Below are positions 14,541 through 27,637 of a stretch of 64,000 bases of DNA, one piece after another. The translations under genes and the position numbers were made by a program. The notes beneath the pieces were generated by a model. That model saw nothing but the letters and a program-made list of their open reading frames with translations, did no database searches and was not told the DNA's origin. Source of the stretch: Octopus vulgaris (lineage: Eukaryota). Position 1 is the stretch's first letter. Each line of letters starts with the position of its first letter. Location of the stretch: NCBI GenBank assembly GCA_951406725.2, contig OX597814.1:68634001-68698000 (forward strand), read 5' to 3'.

Positions 14541-14545
<5 letters not shown>
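13740..14545 (+). mobile_element. ORF-less fold-back PLE pLTR / retrozyme-like module
   Basis: Near-perfect inverted arms 13740-13960 and 14218-14438, an intact hammerhead, (TA)n on both sides; diverged homolog at 60475-60667. Confidence 0.8.
14163..14253 (+). ncRNA. Type I hammerhead ribozyme (intact core, extended stem II)
   Basis: Stem I cctacg/cgtagg; CUGAGGA (14169-14175); stem II ggaa..agtca...tgact..ttcc; GAAA (14236-14239); palindromic stem III cgtacg; GUC with predicted cut after 14247. Confidence 0.9.
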
Positions 14546-14620
<75 letters not shown>

Positions 14621-14638
14621 GATAGAAAGATAGATACA

Positions 14639-14674
<36 letters not shown>

Positions 14675-14699
14675 TGTAAATATTTATATATATTTTACA

Positions 14700-14742
<43 letters not shown>

Positions 14743-14859
14743 TCGATGTCCAAGGAAAGAGATCCAGAGGTAGCCAAATGTCACACAAGCACCCAAGGAA
14801 TTAGTAATCACACTTGCGTGGGAGTTAATTCCGAGGACAGATGAGACGTGTTTTGGTGA

Positions 14860-15318
14860 ACATAAAAATGGAAAATAGAGACAGATGCTCAAGATGTTAT
14901 TTAAATCATTTATATCACCATATCGCCGAAATATGTATCGATATATGCATTAAAATAAATCCGAGGGGAGGAATAATATGGAAAAATTCATGTGTTCATC
15001 AATAAGTTATTTTTAAGGATGTAAGAAACTACAATATGTATATATGGAAAACCTTTGTTTTACACACACACACACACACACACAAATATATGATATATAT
15101 ATATATATCATATATTGTAGTTTCTTACATCTGTAAAAATGACTTATTGATGAGCACTGTTGTTTATAACCTCCATGATAAGATTGATGCATTTTTTCAC
15201 ATTATTCTTCCTCTCGGACGTATTCTAATGCATCTGTCGAAACATGTGTCGGTGATATGGTGATATAAATGATTTAAATAACATTTTGAGCGTTTGTCTC
15301 CATTTCCCATTATTCTTA
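14860..15318. repeat. Diverged inverted pLTR pair with degenerate hammerhead
   Basis: 14860-14990 is roughly the reverse complement of 15185-15318. At 15169-15255: (c)atgataa-gattgatgcatt...aatgcatctgtc-GAAA-catgtg-TC-ggtg. Confidence 0.65.
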
Positions 15319-15376
15319 TATACATACATACATACGTACATACATACATACATACACACATACATACATACATACG

Positions 15377-15488
<112 letters not shown>

Positions 15489-15509
15489 TTCTTCATATAT
15501 GAATTAAGG

Positions 15510-17005
15510 CTACCATTGGTTTCATGTTAAGAGGCCGGTTACATGGAGAAAGGTGTTCGCTTTCATTTTGAAAGACAGCCATGTTTCGTTCACGGGATTT
15601 CTCGTAGTTTCGCGTAAATAAAACAATGAATCACTGAATCAAAGGACGTTACTCTTGAGTGACATCTTTGGATGATTGTCTCCCCTTGATTTGCCTTTTG
15701 ATTATTTTTGGGATTAATTTGGTTTATTTTGCATTATTTGTTTTTGTTCTGGATATCTTGTTCTTGTACTTGTATGTTGAGTTAGTTCGTCATTGGGGCA
15801 TATTTCTTCTGTGAAGTTTGTGTGCTATGTGTGTTCAGGTTTATGAAAGGGGCTATCCCTCGTTCATAGGGGCTCTTCTTTGAAATATGAGAGTGTAAGT
15901 TATTGCTTGTGTATGCAAGGAGAGAAGGTTTTATCCGTAATGTTTAAGATGTTATCTTTTGATTGTATAATATTTAAGTTTTCAGTAATATATAGTTCAC
16001 ATTTGGTACCCGGTCCCCTCTATTTTCTGGCTTTAGCAATAATTTTCCATTCCATCAGGGGGCTGCTTGTTCTACTTTCTTACAATGTCCATGTTATTTT
16101 TGATAGGGAGGTCGTATGTCTTTTTGTTTTTGTCCCTGAATGATGCAAGATGTTGTGCATACTGTTCCTTAAACGAGTTACCCGTCATTCCGATGTATGT
16201 CTTTGCTATTCCATTGGGGTCCATGATCTTGTATACAAATTCTTTCTCCAGACAGTTGTTGTTTAGAGGGCAGCGGTTTGGGGGTCTGAAGTCGCATTGT
16301 CTTTCTGGAGTGCTTCAGGTGTGTTTAAATTTATTATGATTTATTACTATTGACCCTATTTTGTGGAGGTAATTATAGCAAACTTTAACAGTCTTTCTGG
16401 TGAAGATTTTGTGGTACTTGTGTGAATGTGAAAAGTAGTTGTCTATCAGCTTTAAGAATTTCCTCTGCCTTCATGCTATACGGTGGGTTGAACCATAAGA
16501 TTTTCCTCTGTCGGCATCTTCATGGTCTATTTTTATTTGGTTCAATGCAGTGTATGCTATTCTTGAAGTTGGACCTTTTTAATGCAGCATTGTAATATGG
16601 GGCGGCTTTTTCAAAAGTGTCTTTGTCCACGGATAAAATGCTAATATTGTTAACTATTTAATTACTGCTGGTGGGTGGGTGGATGGAACCTATGTTTATG
16701 TACGAGGCTTCTTCGTTTTGTTTGTGGTAGGGTTTAAATTTTCCTTTGTTAAGGTTCATGTTAATGTCTAGGAAGTTGACTTCTTTAAGGTCTGTACTAA
16801 TTCTGGTACTTAGGTCTAATTGGCTGAATACTTTGCATAATTTTTCCTTATTCTATCCCTATCATGTCCGTTTATATTGTGTACTACTCCCAGGCCATCG
16901 TTCCTATATAGGTCTACGTTAGATTCTTTTATTTATTTTTTAAGGGCATCTAGGATACAAAGGCCGACAAGGTCAGTTATCTCTGCATCGTCATAGCTCC
17001 CCATT
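15510..17005 (-). mobile_element. 5'-truncated Penelope-like element (RT C-half plus GIY-YIG endonuclease), decayed
   Basis: GSYDDAEITDLVGL, LYRNDGL, VNFLDINMNL..KPYHKQN..YINIGSIHPP, RKILWFNPPYS, CPLNNNCLEKEFVYK..TYIGMTGNSFKEQYAQH. Confidence 0.88.
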
Positions 17006-17524
17006 GCCACGCCAAGTAACTTGTCTCTATTCTTTTTACCCAGTAGGAATTATCATGAAAGAGTATTGCGTTCATAGACATAATTATGTATGCAAGGAAG
17101 TCAACTCTTTCATTTTAATTCCTCCGCAACTAGCTTATGTCAACACTGTTGGTCAATATATAAAGGTTAGAAATATAACTTTTTTCACCTATATAGGCCA
17201 GTCGTTTTGGTTGTCATCGCCTGGTGATCATAGTTCTTCAATTAACTTGGCATTTGATTGTAATTCATATATCCTCTCTTACTCCCTTCGCTCAGTGGGG
17301 AGTCCTTTGGCTTTGTATAATACAGCACACCAGGAATTGATGATCTCAAAGGACAGCAACAATAGGACGAAAGGTTGACAGAAACAGTATAAGGAAAGGG
17401 GAGTAGAACTTCTATCAGTAGCAGTAGAACTAAAATAATTATTTCTGCTTCAAACAAAAGAGTAGCAATTTTGAGGGAGCTGGATTAAACACCATCGATA
17501 CAAGTATTTATCTTTTTAATATTT

Positions 17525-17730
17525 TCTTTTACTTGTTGTAGTCATTGAACTGCGACCATGCTGGACATCACCTTGAAGGGGTTTTAGTTGAACGAATCGA
17601 TCCCAGAACATTTTAAAAACTTGGTGCTTATTCTACTGGTGTCTTTTGCCGAAACGCTAAGTTACGAGGACACACACAAGCCAACACTGGTTGTCAAGCA
17701 GTAGTGGAGGATAAACACACACACACACAC
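17525..17730 (-). mobile_element. SINE family A 3' part
   Basis: tttacttgtt..gtcatt..ctgcgaccatgctgga..cttttgccgaa..gctaagttacg matches the family A 3' segment. Confidence 0.75.
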
Positions 17731-17785
17731 ATATATATACATACATACGTACATATGATGGATATACTGTGGTACTACTATAAAT

Positions 17786-18165
17786 ATCAGGCCCGAAATT
17801 TTGGGGGAGGGGGCTAGTCGATTAGATCGACCCCAGTACGCAACTGGTATTTAATTTATCGACACCGAAAAGTTGAAAAGCAAAGTCGACCTCAGCGGAA
17901 TTTGAACTCAAGCGAGAAGACAGACGAAATACCTATTTCTTTACTACCCACAAAGGGCTAAACATAGAGAGGACAAACAAGAACAGACAAACGGATTAAG
18001 TCGATTACATTGACCCCAGTGCGTAACTGGTACTTAATTTATCGACCCCGAAAGGATGAAGGGCAAAGTCGACCTCGGCGGAATTTGAACTCAGAACGTA
18101 ACGGCAGGCGAAATGCTGCTAAGCATTTCGCTCAGCGTGCTAACATTTCTGCCAGCTCACCGCCT
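17786..18165 (-). mobile_element. SINE family B (tRNA-derived) with internal partial duplication
   Basis: Minus-strand head aaggcggtgagctggcagaa..gttagcacgc..ctgagttcaaattccgccgaggtcgac; the gaccccagt..aaagtcgacctc..gaactca segment is repeated twice. Confidence 0.85.
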
Positions 18166-18185
18166 TAGTGAGACTTTTTATTGAC

Positions 18186-18227
18186 GTACCCGAAGAGACT
18201 CAAAACGGGTCGAAATATGTGTTGTAC
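18186..18227 (+). ncRNA. Degenerate minimal type I hammerhead
   Basis: gtac-CCGAAGA-gactc-aaaac-gggtc-GAAA-tatgtg-TT-gtac; U4C and C17U-type substitutions; AATAAA just downstream. Confidence 0.7.
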
Positions 18228-18387
18228 CCAATAAAGTCTATTACACATTCCATCTATTTTATTAATACTGTTGCCCCAACCACCACTACGAAGTTCCTGC
18301 AATAAATCTACGGATAACAATAGGTAATCGAAACTGTGCCGGTACTTTAAACATCATCTATTTATACATTTTGTATAATTTCTCCAT

Positions 18388-18421
<34 letters not shown>

Positions 18422-18424
18422 TAC

Positions 18425-18560
18425 ACGACGAGCTTTTTTCAGTTTCCGTCTACCCAATCTACTCACAAGGTTTTAGAAGGTAGCGAAAGGGGCCACGCAG
18501 TGGGACTGAACCCAAACCATGTAGTTGGGTAAGGAAGCTTCTTACAACACAGCTATGCCT
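18425..18560 (-). mobile_element. SINE family A 5' part
   Basis: ttcagtttccgtctac..gccacgcagtgggactgaaccc..aagcttcttac. Confidence 0.75.
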
Positions 18561-18692
18561 GCGACTGTTTGAGGAGAATGAAAGACAAAGCTGACTCTGG
18601 AGGGAGTTGAACTCAGGACGCAAAGAGTCGGAATAAATTAGTGAAATGATAATAATGAACAAATAATTATGAACAATGGCTAGTATTATTAT

Positions 18693-19080
18693 TGGAGGCG
18701 CAATGGCCCAGTGGTTAAGGCAGCGGACTCGCGGTCGTAGGATCGCGGTTTCGATTCCCAGACCGGGCATTGTGAGTGTTTATTGAGCGAAAGCACCTAA
18801 AGCTTCACGAGGCTCCTGCAGGGGGTGGTGGTGAACCCTGCTGTACTCTTTCACCACAACTTTCTCTCACTCTTTCTTCCTGTACAAGGGCCAGCCTTGT
18901 ACCTGTATTTCAAAGGGCCAGCCTTGTCACACTCTGTGTCACGCTGAATCTCCTCGAGAACTACGTTAAGGGTACGTGTGTCTGTGGAGTGCTCAGCCAC
19001 TTGCACGTTAATTCCACGAGCAAGCTGTTCCGTTGATCGTATCAGCTGGGACCCTCATCGTCGTAACCGACGGAGTGCTC
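18693..19080 (+). mobile_element. SINE family C (tRNA-derived), near full length
   Basis: tRNA-like head ggaggcgcaatggcccagtggttaaggcagcggactcgcggtcgtaggatcgcggtttcgattccc with A and B boxes; second copy in reverse at 25035-25380; (TAT)n flanks. Confidence 0.88.
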
Positions 19081-20023
19081 CTATAGTATTATTATTATTA
19101 TGCTGTTCAGCAATTATAATTTGGACTCTCTGTCAGTGCACGCATTTAAATATTTGTACAATGGAGAGGATGACCGAATACAGAAACGGTAGATGTCATA
19201 TAAAATTATTTTGTCCGTTTCTGAGTTCAAATCATGACTTCATGAATTGAAAAAATAAAGTACCAGTCACATGTCGGTGTCAATTAAATTGACTATAACA
19301 TTCTCTCAAATCTATAGCCTTGTATCTAACTTATATACCAATATCTAGACATCGGTGCGAGTGTCGTCGCTAACGAGGTCTCTAGATATTGTAGCACCAG
19401 ATCGTCTTCATATCTGGCTAATGTCGTTTTACTTTAACTTGGTATATCACTTTTATTTTCACAATGTACTTAAATTGAAAGTTACCGTAACAAAGAGTTC
19501 ATCAGAAGATGCAATATTTTATTAATTGTAAACGTATCATTAACCTGTAGTCATCAGCAAATTTGCTACAATTTCAGAATAAATTGTGGACTATTGATAT
19601 TCTTATACAGGGAAAGATTTGTGTTTTCTGTGGTGGCCTTAAATGATTTTAAAGTAGCGCCTGACTGATACAGTCGGGAGTATGTAATGATTGATCCCGC
19701 TCAAATCGTTCCAAAATCAATAGTGCTTCCAAACTTGAAAATGAACTAACTCACCAATTGATAAGATATTGCTTATTCTAGCCGAATAGATTTCAAATTA
19801 TGAATTCATAAATATTTTCGGGCAATTAGCAAATAATTCAATATTTTATAGCAATATAAACGCTCTACTTGGAAGTAGGAAACTGCTGAGCTAAGTACCA
19901 AGGAATATTTAGTTTCATTCATGATATTCCCATCTGAACTAGGAACGATGCTTATCGATTATACCGCCACCCCTTCAAATATATGTAGTATTAAAAAAAA
20001 TGTGAAAAATCGATATTATGCAT

Positions 20024-20086
<63 letters not shown>

Positions 20087-21133
20087 ATTAATGAATTGCT
20101 TCAATTGATTCTTCTGTTATGTTTCTAGAAATACGAGCAAATTTTAATAATTTCTATTCAGATGTCTAAAAGGGATCACAGATTTGGACAGAATATCAAT
20201 AAGCATAAACATTTGAATAAAAGAATACAACACAAGCAATTTGTTTTACTTATACATGTGCACATGGGTATTAAACATACGTTGTTTTAATCTTTTGTAA
20301 ATTGTTGTTTATGAAATCAGTATAGGATATGCAAAATTTTGAATAAATATTGTCAATTCAGTTTACCAACAGTATAAACAGTAACATAAAACTGGAATTT
20401 TATCTGTGCTTCCACATAGGTTGATACACGTTAATATAATTTAGAATGACTCATCCAACAGTATGAGAGATATTTTATAAATATATATTTATACACACAC
20501 ACTAATGTGTGTTTGTGTGTGTGTGCGTGCGTGCGTGCGTTTGTGCGTGTGTGAGTGTGTCTATGTTTCTGTTTATGCATATGTATGTATATAAATATAT
20601 ACATATGTATATATAAGTATATGCTTATATATATGTATGTGTGTATATTTTTATACATACTTGTCTGTGTATGTATACATATAAATAAAAGTGAAAAGCC
20701 CACATTCTAGTAAAAAAGAAAACTGTTCCGTTAATTTCTTTGCAGATAATATTGCTAACATAAATAATAAAAATGTGTTCACTCAAGATCAAATCAACCT
20801 CAACGACTAAGCTGACTATTGTTCCTACAAATAAAAAGGAACTCAATTCCAGAAGGAATTTTAGAGTAGATGTCTTATAAAATGCCTTGAGATATTTATC
20901 CCTCTCCTCTAGTGTTTTTACCCGATTATTACCATCGAGTTATTTCTCATTTACCTCCAAAGCATTAATTCACAATAACAAATATTTCAAGAAAATCAAG
21001 AATCATATCAGGGGAAAATAAGCATGGAAGAATGATATTTAATTCTATTAATAGAAATGAAATAAAGGAAAATCAATATTGACATAACATATCCCGTAAT
21101 GTTCTCAAATATTTTTATCTTAATTGACAAAGT

Positions 21134-21990
<857 letters not shown>

Positions 21991-22000
<10 letters not shown>

Positions 22001-23632
22001 TGAAGGATATTCCAGTACCTTCTAGAAAGGAATTTACTTTGAAACTTATTAATAATATTAAGGATTTTGTTTCTAGAATTAAATGGAAAGCTTACTATTA
22101 TAACTATTATATATCTAATCTTAATGATAGTATGAATGATAATTTTACCTCTAATTTTAAATCCAAAAAGGAACCCCCATTTAATAGAGAATTACAAATA
22201 CTAGAAGATAATATTTGGAAGGTGGTGAAAAACATTAAATTTCATAAATACCCAAACAGAAATAATGAATATTTAAGAAATTTAGCAATTAGAATTAAAG
22301 ATATGAGAAATATGGATGGTATTATTGTACAATCTGATAAAACTAGGAATCTATATAAATTGGATGTTAAATTATATGATAACCCTTTAGAGAAAGAAAT
22401 AATTAAAAAATATAAAATTGTTCCAGATAGTAAACTTTATAATATTAATAAGGCCTCTAAATTAGTAATGATAAACTATGAATTGGATAATAAAACTGAA
22501 CCTTATGTACCTATGCACCCTAGAATTACTCTGAAAGACCATAAAGATAATTTTTATTCAGACCCTAAAGTTAGATTAATTTGTCCATGTAAATCTGACC
22601 TTGGTAAATTAAGTAAACTTATTTTAGATAAATATATTAATAAATTAAATAAACTTAATTACTTAAAATTTATGGTTTAGTAATAATAATAATACTTTGA
22701 ATTGGTTTAATAATATTAAAGATAAAAATCGTTATAAATTTATTCAAATAGATATAGATAATTACTATTCTTCTATTAATGTTTAATAAGGCCCTTATTT
22801 TTGCAATGAATAAAGTGGGAATGACATTTGAAGAAGTTAATGTAATTAAAATGGCTAGGAAATCGCTCATTAAATATAAAAATAAATTATGGGCCAGGAA
22901 AGATACTAGGGATTTTTTGGATATACCTATGGGAGCACCTGATTCTGCACAAGCTACGGATTTAGTAGGTATTTATCTTTTATCTGAACTCCAATTAGAA
23001 AATTTAAAGATAGAGGGTGGTTTATATAGGGATGACCTTCTACTAATTACTAAGAATTGCACTAATAGGAACCTAGAAGTATATAAGAAAAAACTTTATA
23101 GTTTCTTTAAAAGATATGGTTTAAGTATCACTATATATAATGAGAATTTTAATGTTAATTATTTAGATGTTAATTTTAATCTAATTACAGGTAAAACACA
23201 ACCATATCATAAACTTAATGAGAACCTTAGATATATAAATGTTAATAGTAATCACCCACCATCAATTAAAATATCGTTGATTAATAATATAAGTAAACGT
23301 ATATCATTACTTTCTTATGATATAGAGATTTTTAATAAACAAATGGCGGTGCCCCAGCATGGCCACAGCTCGTGAGCTGAAACTAGATAAAATAAAATAA
23401 AAAATAAAATATGCTCCTTATTATAATGAGGCCCTTAGAGAGGCAGGCTATAATAGTAATATTACATTTTTTATTAAAAATAAAGATAAAAGATATAACT
23501 AATAATTTTAGAGATATAAATATTAATAATAATTATAATAATTTTGTTAGTAATAGTGGTAAAAATATTAGAAATTATAAAAATAAAAATAATATAAATA
23601 AAAATAAGAATAAAAATAAAAATAAAAATAAA

Positions 23633-23685
<53 letters not shown>

Positions 23686-24550
23686 TAAAAATAAAATTAA
23701 TAACTTTAATAATTCTTTAAATGTTGATTATAAATATAAATCTGATAATAATAATAATATTAATATGATAAAGAAATATAATTACAACAATAATAATGAC
23801 AGTTTTAATAATAAGAAGGAAAATAAGAATAAAATTTGGTTAATAGTTCCTTATGGTGCTCAAGTTAAAACGAACATTATTAAAGAGATTGTAGATATTA
23901 TTGAACTATTTATTCGAGATAATCGTAAATATAAAAACATTTTCTCTAGTAATAATTTTGGAGTAGGTTATTCCACCACTAATAGTGTAGGTAACATTAT
24001 TTCTTCTTTTAACAAATTTAAACTGAATAATTTTTATAAAAATAAATTATTTAATAATACCAATAATAAAGACAAGACACTAATTAACTGTACATGTAGA
24101 GATAAATCTAAATGTCAATTAAATAATAAATGTGATACTAATGATGTAGTGTATAAATGTATAGTTACATTACATGATAAGAATATTAAGAATAATAATA
24201 ACTCAAACGCGATATATATAGGGTCCACTTCCTCTAAAATAAAATAAAGAATCGCACAACATTTGAATTCATTTAAAAATAAAAAACTTAATTAACTCCA
24301 CTGGACTTAGCAAGTACATTTGGAGACTTAAATCTCAAAAAAAAAATTAATTATAATTTATCTTGGGAAATAATTAGTAAAACTAAATCATATAATCTTC
24401 AACAATTTATTCTCTTTTTTTTTTTTTGCTAATAACGTAATTCCATGAGTATTCTTATAAACGCTGTATAAGACGTTTTTTGATCCAAAATTCTAGTTCA
24501 TTGTTTAAACCTCGCCAAGAAAAGTATGTATCTTTTTAAGACCTTCAAAT
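21991..24550 (+). pseudogene. Penelope-like element RT plus GIY-YIG ORF, disrupted
   Basis: QSDKTRNLY, RITLKDHKDNF..KVRLICPCKSDLG, IPMGAPDSAQATDLVGIY, GLYRDDLL, NYLDVNFNL, SNHPPS, CTCRDKSKCQLNNKC..VVYKC..IYIGSTS. Frameshifts, a SINE-tail insertion and an Asn-rich expansion. Confidence 0.92.
23341..23408 (+). mobile_element. SINE 3'-tail insertion interrupting the PLE ORF
   Basis: ggcggtgccccagcatggccacagc..ctgaaac plus an A-rich tail. Removing it restores FNK-YAPYYNEAL with an aataaa duplication. Confidence 0.75.
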
Positions 24551-25034
24551 TGTAAATTTTTAATATTGTATAAGCCTTTGGAGTAATAATATTCTCCTTA
24601 TGTAAATATTGTTGTTTATGTAATGATCGTAATTTTCTATGTTATTAGATATTAAATAAATTAGATAAACTTTGATAAAATTAGATATGTTTCGACTAAA
24701 GATTGGTCTAGGCCATATCTAATTTAATAGCATAATTTATATTAGATAATTATTCCCATTCATAATTACATAAATATTTAAAATGACTAATATATATAAA
24801 TTATCAATGAAAATATATATAAATATTATAATCAAGATCTAAAATAATCTCTATAAATAATTGTATATAATGAAAACCTAATAAATTTAATTTTTCATAT
24901 TTAAAGATGAAATAGCTAATTTCAAAATACAAATAAACTAACTTAAACTGACTTTCAAAATCTTATGTAAAATACTTACATAAATATTCAATTCTTAGTA
25001 ATATAGTATTAAATAAATACTATAAGTGGAATGG

Positions 25035-25380
25035 AAGCACTCCGTCGGTTACGACGACGAGGGTTCCGGTTGATCCGAATCAACGGAACAGCCTGCTCGT
25101 GAAATTAACGTGTAAGTGGCTGAGCACTCCACAGACACGTGTACCCTTAACGTAGTTCTCGGGGATATTCAGCGTGACACAGAGAGTGAAAAGGCCGGCC
25201 CTTTGAAATACAGGTACAACAGAAACAGGAAGTAAGAGTGAGAGAAAGTTGTGGTGAAAGAGTACAGCAGGGATCACCACCATCCCCTGCCGGAGCCTCG
25301 TGGAGCATTAGGTGTTTTCGCTCAATAAACACTCACAACGCCCGGTCTAGGAATCGAAACTGCGATCCTATGACCGCAAG
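25035..25380 (-). mobile_element. SINE family C copy
   Basis: Reverse complement of 18730-19078. Confidence 0.88.
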
Positions 25381-25439
25381 TCTATATATATATATATATA
25401 TACATTTTTTTTATACTTCTATTATTTTTCAAAATTAAT

Positions 25440-26657
25440 ATAAACAAAGTTCTTTTCTAATCTAAAATATACACTCCTTCATTTTCTACAATACTCTTCC
25501 ATCTATCTAGCAGACTTGCAAGGCTCCTCTTCCAAAATTCACTTATCAGTGACGAAAAATACTCCTCCAGTACTGTTCTCACCTCGTCTACAGAATTCAT
25601 ATTTTTTCGGTCCAAATGATTTTGAAGACTGCGGAATAAATAATGATCAGATTGAGCAATGTCCGGAAAATATGGTAGGTGGGACATCGTTTCCCATTCA
25701 AACTGCTCCAGCCTTTCGAATATCATCCTCGCTGTATGTGGCCGAACATTATCCTGATGGAAGAACATCTTTCGTCTTGAAATCAAAGATAGTTGTTTTT
25801 CTTCTAGCGCTGACTGCAGCCGCTCAAGCTGCTATCAGTGGATTTCCTTTGTTACCGTTTGGTGTAGGTTTAATAATTCAAAGTGGACTAAACCATTTAT
25901 ATCCTACCAAACAGATAACAACACCATATGTGGGTGAAGATTTTCTTTAGCCTGGGATGTCGGTGTTTCTCTTTTCCCTATTCACTGTCTACGAATTTGA
26001 CATTTTTATAGAGAACCCATTTCTCGTCACCAGTCACTATTTGGTCCAAAAAGGTTCATTCATGAGACGTGACAGCAAAGAAGAGCACATACTCACTCTC
26101 TGTGCCCAGATAGATTCGGAAAGTTTGTGAGGAACCCAATGACTTTTCTGGTGGCACACAGATGTCGATGTGAGGTTGAATGACCAAATCCAAGCATCTC
26201 TGCTAGTTCCTCAACAGTTACGATTAGATTTTGTTCGACCAGGTTTTGCAGGACGTCCTCGTCGAACTCCACAGATCTTGTGGGATATGACTCGATTTCT
26301 AGGCTGTAGTTTCCGGCTCGGAATTTATGGAGCCACCGTTGACACTGGCTTACGCTTACTGTCCGATCCCTATATACTGCATTAATATTCCTCACACTTT
26401 ACGTTGCATTGTTGTTTTTATTGAACTCATAAAGCAAGATAAGCTGCATATACTCCTTTGTCACTTCCATTATAGCTTTGAAAGAAATTACTGTTAAAAT
26501 CGAACTGCACTCTTCAACACTCGCACTAAGAAGAAGGAAAAGATAAAATTACTACCTGCTTTTCTAGTAAGTTGATGCACGTAATTTATCCCACCCCTCT
26601 CCGATTTTTAGTTCATGTAATTGAAAAAAAACGCATTATTTATGGGATGACCCAATA
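25440..26657 (-). mobile_element. Mariner (DD34D) DNA transposon, decayed transposase
   Basis: HTH region RNINAVY..VSVSQCQRW..FRAGNYSLE, VTGDEKW, FFHQDNVRPHTAR, HLPYFPDIAQSDHYLFRSLQNHL. Candidate TIR gcattatttatgggatgacccaata at 26633-26657; the other TIR is not seen. Confidence 0.9.
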
Positions 26658-26862
26658 CACACATACACATAAATCAAAGTTAAGACAAAACGAACATAAC
26701 AAGTGGAAATTAAACGCAACATACGGAAAATAGACGATGACAAAATAAAACCGCAAACAGGACAGAAACAAAATACACGGACCATTCGCCTCAGATTTCC
26801 TCTTCAGTCGGTTTCCAGAAAGTTATTGTTTCGCATTCGTTTATATATACTGGTCAATCCCA

Positions 26863-26963
<101 letters not shown>

Positions 26964-27289
26964 GGTTTTATAATAGATCAGTAAGTATATTAATGTTATT
27001 AATTTACGGGTATGTTATTTGGATAAATATTAATTAGTACTATTTACAAAATCTTTTTCTAGACCTATTGGCAAATCCCGTTATACTAAATTACTTATTT
27101 TATTTTTTATTATTTATACACCCAGTTGCTCCTCACGAAAGATTAACCCACCAATTAATTTTCTAGCTTAGTCATTTGCTCAACGATTTGAAGAGTTACA
27201 CTGCAAAATAGTATGATTCGAATATATTAAGCCTTCTTTCCTTCCTCATCTCGAGGCCCTTTTCTTTTCTCTTCTCTTTTTGATCATAT

Positions 27290-27335
27290 CGTTATTTCCC
27301 GACGAACGGGAACGTGAAACTCTGAGTAACATCTT
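27290..27335 (+). ncRNA. Minimal hammerhead-like motif in a PLE pLTR fragment
   Basis: CCGACGA-acg-ggaa-cgt-GAAA-ctctgag-TA-aca; near-palindromic stem III; stem I is eroded here but intact (actgt/acagt) in the homolog at 9.6 kb. Confidence 0.7.
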
Positions 27336-27637
27336 TTGTTATATTTCTACTACTTTTAAATAAAGCATATTACTCTACCTCTGGTATTTGAGTACTCTTT
27401 TTTCCACCTTGTTTCACATTAATATGCTTACTCTGGTATATATATATATATATCAATTACGTAGAAAATGCAGAAAATTATTGATCAACAAACAACTTGA
27501 TTATTATATTTTTAATACAAAGTTTTAACGACACCCAGTGCAGCCAAAGAAAACACTGCGAATATTATAGCACATCCCACCTCCTACATGGAGTTTCATC
27601 AGAGTGAAGAAAAATACATTATTTCAAATATCTTTTG

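Noticed and set aside
15560-15620. Hammerhead in the 3' UTR of the 15.5-17 kb PLE (minus strand GAAA-catggctg-TC)
   Set aside because: The position is plausible, but CUGANGA and stem II cannot be assigned convincingly.
18693-18770. tRNA genes (also 36786-36855 and 46465-46545)
   Set aside because: The tRNA-like heads continue into multi-copy SINE bodies and the cloverleafs are imperfect.
26775-26830. Minus-strand CTGAAGA motif as a hammerhead
   Set aside because: No properly placed GAAA or stem III pairing.
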